This document shows positions 1-6,285 of a DNA stretch of 20,000 bases, piece by piece. The DNA comes from an uncultured virus (IMG/VR IMGVR_UViG_3300020215_000003) (taxonomy: Duplodnaviria; Heunggongvirae; Uroviricota; Caudoviricetes). The notes beneath the pieces are model-generated. The model was not told where the DNA came from and ran no database searches. It saw only the letters and a list, made by a program, of their open reading frames with translations. The stretch is taken from IMG/VR virus record IMGVR_UViG_3300020215_000003, one strand, 5' to 3'. How positions within the stretch are numbered: position 1 is the first letter of the stretch; each line of letters begins with the position of its first letter. A program made the position numbers and the translations under genes.

Positions 1-340
1 GGTCATGCTGACCAACACCGCGCCGGTGGCCACGAACACCGTGAAGGCCAACCTCACCGAAATCTCGGCCGGCAACGGCTACACCGCGGGCGGTACACAA
101 GCCAGCCAGTCGAGCAGTGCGCAGTCCTCGGGCACGTACAAACTCGTGCTCGGGGACGTGACGTTCACTGCGTCGGGTGGGTCGATTGGACCGCTCAGAT
201 ACGTCGTGCTTTACAACGACACGGCCACGAATGACGAGTTGATCGGCTGGTGGGACTACGGCTCGTCGATCACTCTGGCGGATGGCGAGTCTCTCACCGT
301 GGACTTCTCGGCAGTCAATGGCGTACTCACGATCACATAA
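1..340 (+). CDS. Phage virion/tail-associated small beta protein, 5'-truncated by the window
   Basis: The frame is open from the window edge (V-MLTNTAP...EISAGNGYTAGG...DVTFTASGGSIGPLRYVVLYNDT...LIGWWDYG). This is a pattern I recognise from small phage structural proteins. Its stop overlaps the next start (TAATG). Confidence 0.75.
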   Translation, partial: VMLTNTAPVATNTVKANLTEISAGNGYTAGGTQASQSSSAQSSGTYKLVLGDVTFTASGGSIGPLRYVVLYNDTATNDELIGWWDYGSSITLADGESLTVDFSAVNGVLTIT

Positions 341-1515
341 TGGCCGTCTCCCATGTAGGATCGCAGGCGGGCTCGGGGGCCAGCACGACTGGCCTCACGC
401 TCCTCATACCGGCCGGCACCCAGACGGACGACGTGCTGTTCCTGTCGCTCATGAACGCAGGCGCAGCAGCGGACGCGACGGTGGCGGACAACGACTCCGG
501 TGGGAACACCTGGGCCCTGATGCACGGACGCGACAACGGCACCGCCAGAGCAGCGGTGTGGTGGAAGCGCGCCACCGCGAATACAGCCTCCAAGACCATC
601 ACCATCTCGGGCTGCACGGACTCATGCTCGGGAGGGGTTTCGGTCTACCGGGGGGCGTCAACCGGGACTCCCTACGAAGAGGCGGGGAGCCAGCTCAGAG
701 GGTCGGGCAACGAGACTGCCACGGGGATCACGACGACCCAGAACGGGGCGATGGTATGCTTCTCGGTTTTCAACCATACCAACGACAACTCGCTCCTGTC
801 GAACGTCTCGACGACCAGTCCTGGAACCCTGACGACGCGCTTTCAGCACCTGAGTTCGGGAGGGAACGACTCATCGTGCGCGCATGCGAGCGAGGTGCTG
901 ACCACCGCTGGGGCGACGGGAGACTTCACCTGGTCCCAAGCAGATGCAGCTACGACGGTCATCAAGTGGGCGGTCGTTCCACCGACTTTGACGAGTTACA
1001 CAATCGAGGCCGAGGCCGCGGCTTTTATCCTCACAGGGCAGGACATCCTTTTCCAGAGGGTCATGGTTGCGGAGGTGGGGGCGTTTGTTCTGACCGGGCA
1101 AGATGTGTCGTTCGGGAGCGCACGCACTCTCGACGCGGGGTTTGGCGCGTTCACCCTGACGGGGCAGAATGCGAACCTCCTGTATCATCGGGTGCTCACT
1201 GCCGGGACGGGGGAGTTCCTGTTCACGGGGCAGGACGTTGGCATCGGTCGCCCAAGGTCGATCATCGCCGACACGGGCGAGTTCACCCTGACAAGTCAGG
1301 ATGCGACGTTCCGCAGGACGTACATCATGGTCGCGGACGCGGGGAGCTTCACCCTGACGGGTCAGGACGTGACTTTCACCGCAGAGGCCCTGCCGGATGC
1401 AACGCCAATTCGCGTGGATGAATCCCGTGCGGGGTTCACGCGCGTCGAGGTGAGCGGGACCACACATGGCCGCGTGGACGATGGAGACATAAGCCGCCGC
1501 TTGAGGCCGGAGTGA
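340..1515 (+). CDS. Putative tail fibre/adhesin-like virion protein with six C-terminal ~22-aa repeats
   Basis: The ATG at 340 is coupled to the upstream TAA and is preferred over the ORF-track start at 250. The N-domain is Thr/Ser/Gly-rich and beta-type, followed by repeats of A-x-x-G-x-F-x-L-T-G-Q-D. Confidence 0.7.
   Translation: MAVSHVGSQAGSGASTTGLTLLIPAGTQTDDVLFLSLMNAGAAADATVADNDSGGNTWALMHGRDNGTARAAVWWKRATANTASKTITISGCTDSCSGGVSVYRGASTGTPYEEAGSQLRGSGNETATGITTTQNGAMVCFSVFNHTNDNSLLSNVSTTSPGTLTTRFQHLSSGGNDSSCAHASEVLTTAGATGDFTWSQADAATTVIKWAVVPPTLTSYTIEAEAAAFILTGQDILFQRVMVAEVGAFVLTGQDVSFGSARTLDAGFGAFTLTGQNANLLYHRVLTAGTGEFLFTGQDVGIGRPRSIIADTGEFTLTSQDATFRRTYIMVADAGSFTLTGQDVTFTAEALPDATPIRVDESRAGFTRVEVSGTTHGRVDDGDISRRLRPE
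997..1385 (+). repeat. Six degenerate tandem coding repeats, ~66 nt period
   Basis: Units are AEAAAFILTGQDI, AEVGAFVLTGQDV, AGFGAFTLTGQNA, AGTGEFLFTGQDV, ADTGEFTLTSQDA and ADAGSFTLTGQDV. The DNA word ttcaccctgac recurs. Confidence 0.9.
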
Positions 1516-1518
1516 CCG

Positions 1519-2652
1519 ATGCCGCTGACGACATACATGGACCTGGTTCAGCATGCGTTAGATTACCTCAACGCATCTACCTCTCCCGAGATGGAGAGGG
1601 CCGCGCGCCGCTCTGTACAGGCGGCGTATCAGGACATCGTGAACTTCAAGCGCTGGTCGTACTACATGCACGAAGGGCGATTAGCGACCGTAGCCCCATA
1701 CTCGACGGGCACGGTGGTCTACACGAACAGTACGAGAGAACTGACCCTGACCGGCGGAACCTGGCCAACGTGGGCGGCGCGCGGAGTGGTGCGCTTCAGC
1801 GACGTCTATTACCAGGTCTCCGAGAGGACCAGCAGCACGGTCATCAAGCTCAACTCCGCCTCCAACCCTGGGGAGGATGTGGCGAGCACGACGTTCGAGA
1901 TCTGGCGCGACTGCTTCTCCTTGCCGACGGACTTTCAATCGATGGGCCAGGTGGTCATCGTCGGCAACTCGATGATGCTCGACTACATCCACCCAAATGA
2001 CTGGCTTCAGTCGCAGAGGATCTACCACGGTGGGTCCACCCCTTCGATCTACACGATCACCGGAGACCCCGATTTCCAGAACGGCATGGCCATCCGCTTC
2101 TTCCCGTTCCCCGACAGTGCTTACACCCTGGCGTACCTCTACCAGAGGCGTCCGAGGGACCTGAAGATCCTGGAGGAGTCAGCGGGGACCGTCTCGACCA
2201 CGAGTGGCTCGACGACGGTGACTGGATCTGGGACGGCATTTACGAGCGGTATGGTGGGGTCGGTGATCCGCTTTGGCACGACCGCGGTGGGGGACAAGCC
2301 CACGGGTTTGTCGGGGGCGGCGCCCTACCATATCGAGAGAATCATCACGGCGTATTCGAGCGCCACGTCGGTGACGATTGACGCAGATCCGGGTGAAAGT
2401 TTGTCGTCGGTGGTGTATAGTGTAAGTGACCCTGCGGACCTTGAACCCGGGGCCATGACGACGTTCCTTTACCGAAGCATCGAGCATCACTGCCGGCTGA
2501 TCCGCAGGATGCCCACGACGAATGTGGACGAGGGACGTTATCGAGACGCCTTGATTCTCGCGCAAGAAGCCGATTCGCGCAGCTTTTCCCCCCGCCTAAA
2601 TGGAGTGACTTACTATCCGCAACGACTTGCGGATATGCCCGTCACCTTTTAG
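1519..2652 (+). CDS. Putative head-tail adaptor / tail tubular protein A-like, with inserted beta domains
   Basis: It has a helical N-terminus (TYMDLVQHALDYL...VQAAYQDIVNFKRWSY), FSLPTDF, TPSIYTI, IRFFPFPDSAYTLAYLYQRRP and a helical C-terminus. This is the pattern of podovirus adaptor proteins. A GGAG RBS precedes the ATG. Confidence 0.7.
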   Translation: MPLTTYMDLVQHALDYLNASTSPEMERAARRSVQAAYQDIVNFKRWSYYMHEGRLATVAPYSTGTVVYTNSTRELTLTGGTWPTWAARGVVRFSDVYYQVSERTSSTVIKLNSASNPGEDVASTTFEIWRDCFSLPTDFQSMGQVVIVGNSMMLDYIHPNDWLQSQRIYHGGSTPSIYTITGDPDFQNGMAIRFFPFPDSAYTLAYLYQRRPRDLKILEESAGTVSTTSGSTTVTGSGTAFTSGMVGSVIRFGTTAVGDKPTGLSGAAPYHIERIITAYSSATSVTIDADPGESLSSVVYSVSDPADLEPGAMTTFLYRSIEHHCRLIRRMPTTNVDEGRYRDALILAQEADSRSFSPRLNGVTYYPQRLADMPVTF

Positions 2653-2664
2653 GCCGGGGAAGTC

Positions 2665-3114
2665 ATGCCGTTTGGACTCGCCGAACTCACCTTCTCCCTG
2701 GACACCTCCGCCTACGGTTCAGGAGACGTCCTCGCCGACACTCAGGAATTGGCCTCCTTCTTCCCCGCCTCGGGGCACACGGTCGTCCTGCGCTCGGTCG
2801 TCTTGATCGACGAGGATGACCAGGGCATCGCTCTGGACCTGCACTTCTTCGATTCCAACGTCAGCCTGGGAACAGAGAACGCCGCGCCCAACATCTCGGA
2901 CGCCAACCTGCGCACGAGTCTGGGGTCGATTGCCATTGCGGGCGGCGACTACAAGGACCTGGGTGGCGCGCGGTCGGCGACGTTGCGCGGGCTGGATTTG
3001 TTCCTGAAGGGCGCGGCTGGATCGACGAGTTTGTGGGTGGGGGCAGTGACCGGAGGCACCCCGACACACACGGCCTCGGGATTGCGCTTGAGGCTTGGGT
3101 ACGAGTGGCATTAA
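2665..3114 (+). CDS. Hypothetical phage structural protein (beta-rich)
   Basis: A 149-aa ORF in operon order with protein-like composition (AYGSGDVL...LDLHFFD). Confidence 0.7.
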   Translation: MPFGLAELTFSLDTSAYGSGDVLADTQELASFFPASGHTVVLRSVVLIDEDDQGIALDLHFFDSNVSLGTENAAPNISDANLRTSLGSIAIAGGDYKDLGGARSATLRGLDLFLKGAAGSTSLWVGAVTGGTPTHTASGLRLRLGYEWH

Positions 3115-3126
3115 CAGGAGACGATC

Positions 3127-3591
3127 ATGGGGGTTCCCCGTGTTTATACCGGATATGGCGCGGCGGCGGTCGGCACGAACCTGACGTTGGTGACGCTGAT
3201 CGGCGCGACCAACATTCGCCCCGGCCTGTCGTACTTGTCCATCGGCTGCAGTGCCGCGCCCGTGGATGCAGCGACAAAGTTCCGCGTTCTGCGCTGCACC
3301 ACTACCGGCACGCCGAGCGCGTCTGTCACACCGCAAGCGAACGATCCGGGCGACCCTGCTTCCTTATGCACGGTGGGCGGCGGTGCGTTTGGCGGTGCCA
3401 ACGAACCCACCTACACTGCGGCGGCGATCAATCGCACATGGAACCTGAACCAACGCAACACGCTTCAGTGGGGTGCCTATCCGGGACGTGAGATCATGGT
3501 GCCAGCGACGGCCAACAATGGCCTGGGCATCCGCTCCATCGCGTCTACAGGCTCGGCGGAACACGAGGCGATGATTGAGTGGATCGAATGA
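3127..3591 (+). CDS. Hypothetical phage structural protein
   Basis: Strong AGGAG RBS, 154 aa, and its stop is coupled to the next ATG (ATGA). Confidence 0.75.
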   Translation: MGVPRVYTGYGAAAVGTNLTLVTLIGATNIRPGLSYLSIGCSAAPVDAATKFRVLRCTTTGTPSASVTPQANDPGDPASLCTVGGGAFGGANEPTYTAAAINRTWNLNQRNTLQWGAYPGREIMVPATANNGLGIRSIASTGSAEHEAMIEWIE

Positions 3592-3866
3592 GGCGCAGCA
3601 GCATTCACGCAGACGGGTTCGTCATTGTGGACGACCGGCAAGTGGCGGACACGCTTCAATGCGTTCACTGCATGGCCCACTTCGAGGTGGTTCCGGGGAG
3701 CGGGAACAAGCGAGGTTTCTGTACGAAGTGCGCCGGGCCGACGTGTTCTCCGAAGTGCTCGGGGAAATGCGTGCCTGCAGAACAATGGCTCACGAATGTC
3801 GAGAAGGGGCTGCCGGAGGATTTCGTGCCGGTGATTGTGTCGGTGCCGAGGAGCATCCATGGCTGA
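3588..3866 (+). CDS. Small Cys-rich, probably zinc-binding protein
   Basis: ATGA coupling at 3588. Motif CVHC-x16-CTKCAGPTCSPKCSGKC. Confidence 0.7.
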   Translation: MRRSSIHADGFVIVDDRQVADTLQCVHCMAHFEVVPGSGNKRGFCTKCAGPTCSPKCSGKCVPAEQWLTNVEKGLPEDFVPVIVSVPRSIHG

Positions 3867-4038
3867 GCCTGCCCGCCCCGTGATGGTCATCGAGGACTTT
3901 CCGGGGCTACTCACCAACGCGGATCCGGTTGATTACCCGCCTGGAGGCGCGGAGGAGCAGGTTAACGCCTGCTCTCACCGCGTTGGTGAGCTGGTGGTCC
4001 GTAGGGGCCTTGCCGAGGTTACGTTTGAGGGGAACTAG
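3859..4038 (+). CDS. 59-aa protein resembling the N-terminal segment of podovirus nozzle/stabilisation proteins
   Basis: GAGGAG RBS before ATG 3859. Sequence IEDFPGLLTNADPVDYPPGGAEEQVNACSHRVGELVVRRGL fits F-x-G-L...P..L/Y-P...A....N......G-x-L-x-x-R-x-G. Confidence 0.65.
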   Translation: MAEPARPVMVIEDFPGLLTNADPVDYPPGGAEEQVNACSHRVGELVVRRGLAEVTFEGN

Positions 4039-4068
4039 ACCACCTGCGCAAAATGCGCAGGTGGTCTA
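4036..4068. terminator. Perfect 15-bp inverted repeat (candidate terminator, attenuator or binding site)
   Basis: TAGACCACCTGCGCA-AAA-TGCGCAGGTGGTCTA, followed by T-rich tcaatgttttctggggttttct. The repeat itself is certain; its function is not. Confidence 0.55.
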
Positions 4069-4091
4069 TCAATGTTTTCTGGGGTTTTCTG

Positions 4092-4607
4092 ATGTTCGTC
4101 GGTTACGTTGCCCTAAGCTCTGCGGTCCGCGGCACGCACGTCACGAAGAACTCGTCGAGTGTGCCGACGAACGCTGACTCCACCCCGACGTTCCGGGTCT
4201 ACGGGCCCTCGGGGACGCTGATGACCAACGGCACCGGCTCATTGACCCAGAAGGACACTGGGTCGATCACCGGGGCCACGAATGCCACGCCAATCGTCAT
4301 CACGAGCACGAACCACAAGCTATCAACCGGGAACCGGGTCACCATCACCGGGGTCCAGGGCAACACGGCAGCCAACGGCACGTTCAACGTCACCGTGCTC
4401 ACGGCCAACACGTTCTCGCTGGATAGCTCGGTTGGCAACGGCAGCTATACCAGCGGCGGATCATGGAATCTCAGCGGGGTGTATGACTTCTCGATCACTC
4501 CCACTGCGGCGAATGGGTATGCGTCGGGCAGCACTTACCTCGTCCTGGTGACGGACATCGTGAGTTCAGTGACCAAGGTGGGGACGTATCGGTTCACGGT
4601 GACATGA
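4092..4607 (+). CDS. Tail-associated protein with an inserted E1-FCCH-like beta domain
   Basis: ATG 4092 is preferred because the ORF-track ATG at 4053 lies inside the hairpin. Contains ITGATNATPIVITSTNHKLSTGNRVTITGVQGNTAANGTFNVTVLTANTFSL...GNGSYTSGG. Confidence 0.7.
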   Translation: MFVGYVALSSAVRGTHVTKNSSSVPTNADSTPTFRVYGPSGTLMTNGTGSLTQKDTGSITGATNATPIVITSTNHKLSTGNRVTITGVQGNTAANGTFNVTVLTANTFSLDSSVGNGSYTSGGSWNLSGVYDFSITPTAANGYASGSTYLVLVTDIVSSVTKVGTYRFTVT

Positions 4608-5029
4608 GTTATCTCGGGCGAGCGCAGCTTGGCCAGACCATCTGCCCGTACCTTCAGTGCGTGGATGCGTCCGGTTCTCCGGTGCTCCCTGACGACCCAC
4701 CCCAGATCAAGATTCGCGCCTCGACGGGCAACATCATCATCGTGGCTGCGGAAATGCCCCTGGTCGAGCGCTTCGTGCAGACGGGACTCTTCAAGTACCC
4801 GCTGTACCTGGGATCGCAGTACACGACGGGTCTGTACGAGGTGAACTACTACTACCGCTCGGGGGCGCACTACGGTCTGGAGTCGGACAACTTCGAGATC
4901 GTACCAGCGGGTCACGCGGACGGGCAGGTCTTAAACATGCACTTCTACAACCGCCCGCATGCGCAGTTCATCGTGTACGGCACCGAGACCGGGGCCATCG
5001 TTCGCGGACGAAAACCCACCGTGAGGTAG
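4604..5029 (+). CDS. Hypothetical tail-associated protein, probable paralogue of the scaffold of 4092..4607
   Basis: ATGA coupling. YLGRAQLG...DASGSPVLPDDPPQIKI...TGLFKY parallels FVGYVALS...NSSSVPTNADSTPTFRV...SGVYDF. Confidence 0.7.
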   Translation: MSYLGRAQLGQTICPYLQCVDASGSPVLPDDPPQIKIRASTGNIIIVAAEMPLVERFVQTGLFKYPLYLGSQYTTGLYEVNYYYRSGAHYGLESDNFEIVPAGHADGQVLNMHFYNRPHAQFIVYGTETGAIVRGRKPTVR

Positions 5030-5031
5030 AC

Positions 5032-5562
5032 GTGCAAGGAGTGATCCTGAGCGGGTGGTTCGAGGTTCACTGCGAGGGTGAGTGCGTGCGCATTAGCAAC
5101 GGCATCACCCAGCAGGGCCTCAACCATGCGCTTCTGAAGCACTTCAACCCATCGCTTCAGGCACAGACTTGGTATGCGGGACTCATCGACGACGTGGGGT
5201 TCACGGGGATCTCGGATTCGGACACGCACGCGAGTCATTCGGGATGGTCGGAATTGACCAGCCTTGCTTCAGCGGACCGAGCGCGAATCCGCATGGCCAC
5301 CCCGACCTCGAAGGTGGCGATCCACAGCCCACTTGCGGTCGGGGAGAACGCGATTGACCTGTTGCCTCTGGTTCCCGGATCGTCTCACCCCGCGGCCGTG
5401 AAGATCCGGGGGGTGTTCATGGCCAACATCGCCACGGTGGGGAGCACGAGTTCGGGCGGGGTGCTCTGGTCCACGGGGCTCTTCGACGCGCCCCGGACTT
5501 ACCAGGCTGGGGCAAGGCTGACCATCGTTTACGGCTGCACGGCATCGGAGCGTTCGACGTGA
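5032..5562 (+). CDS. Putative phage tail protein (paralogue A)
   Basis: GTG start with a GAGG RBS. Motifs NGITQQGLNHAL, WYAGLID, SDTHASHSGWSE, IRGVF and LWSTGLF. Confidence 0.7.
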   Translation: MQGVILSGWFEVHCEGECVRISNGITQQGLNHALLKHFNPSLQAQTWYAGLIDDVGFTGISDSDTHASHSGWSELTSLASADRARIRMATPTSKVAIHSPLAVGENAIDLLPLVPGSSHPAAVKIRGVFMANIATVGSTSSGGVLWSTGLFDAPRTYQAGARLTIVYGCTASERST

Positions 5563-6080
5563 GCGCGGAGTTCCATGTCACCTGGGAAGGGAACGACGGC
5601 GAGCGCTGGGAGGAGACGGTCCCCAACGGCATCACCGACGAAGGACTCACGGCGCTACTTGCTTCGGCGCTTGTTCTGAGCCAGGCAGCTACTTGGAAGA
5701 TGGGGCTCATCTACGGAAGCGGGGGGGATGGGCTGACAACCCCGGTGTTCTCAGCGGTGGCGGCGACGGACACGAGCACGAGTCATCCGGGGTGGGCGAG
5801 GTATGGGTCGTTTGCCGAAGTGGGTTCATCGACCTCGCACTCGACTTCTCCGGCGTTCAGCGTAAGCGGCACGACGGTCACGATGAGTTCACCCCTGGCG
5901 TTCACCATGAACACCTCGTACCGGGGGAACGTGTATATCCGGGGGATTTTCCTGATTACCCAATCTCCTGCGGGACTCTGGAGCACGGGGTTGTTTTCCT
6001 CGGCGCGTCAGGTGGGTCACGGGGGCGGGATTCTGACGGTCAAGTACAGTTGCTCGGCTGCGGCCGGCATTACTCCATGA
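5559..6080 (+). CDS. Putative phage tail protein (paralogue B)
   Basis: GTGA coupling. Motifs NGITDEGLTALL, WKMGLIY, TDTSTSHPGWAR, IRGIF and LWSTGLF match the preceding gene. Confidence 0.7.
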   Translation: MSAEFHVTWEGNDGERWEETVPNGITDEGLTALLASALVLSQAATWKMGLIYGSGGDGLTTPVFSAVAATDTSTSHPGWARYGSFAEVGSSTSHSTSPAFSVSGTTVTMSSPLAFTMNTSYRGNVYIRGIFLITQSPAGLWSTGLFSSARQVGHGGGILTVKYSCSAAAGITP

Positions 6081-6087
6081 GGCATTT

Positions 6088-6285
6088 ATGGTCTACGCAA
6101 GTGTGCATCTTCCCGTTCCGCAGAGGGACGTGAGCCGGATCTACCAGACCAACCTGACGGTGGCGGCGCTGCCGAATCCGGGTGGTCATGAGGAGATCGA
6201 CCAGACCTTCGTCATCACGCAGAAATCGGTGCCCGAAGTGTCATCGGGCAATGACGACAACATCAGCAGCGGCCGGAGCAGCTAG
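6088..6285 (+). CDS. Small hypothetical protein
   Basis: Fills the gap in the operon, has GAGG upstream, and its TAG overlaps the next GTG. An alternative start is GTG 6130. Confidence 0.5.
   Translation: MVYASVHLPVPQRDVSRIYQTNLTVAALPNPGGHEEIDQTFVITQKSVPEVSSGNDDNISSGRSS

Noticed and set aside
997..1385. CRISPR-like periodicity (~66 nt)
   Set aside because: The repeats are degenerate, in frame and conserved at the amino-acid level, so they are coding repeats.
4053..4091. Signal-peptide-like N-terminus MRRWSINVFWGFL on the 4053 ORF
   Set aside because: That ATG is buried in the 15-bp hairpin, and the paralogue alignment supports a start at 4092.
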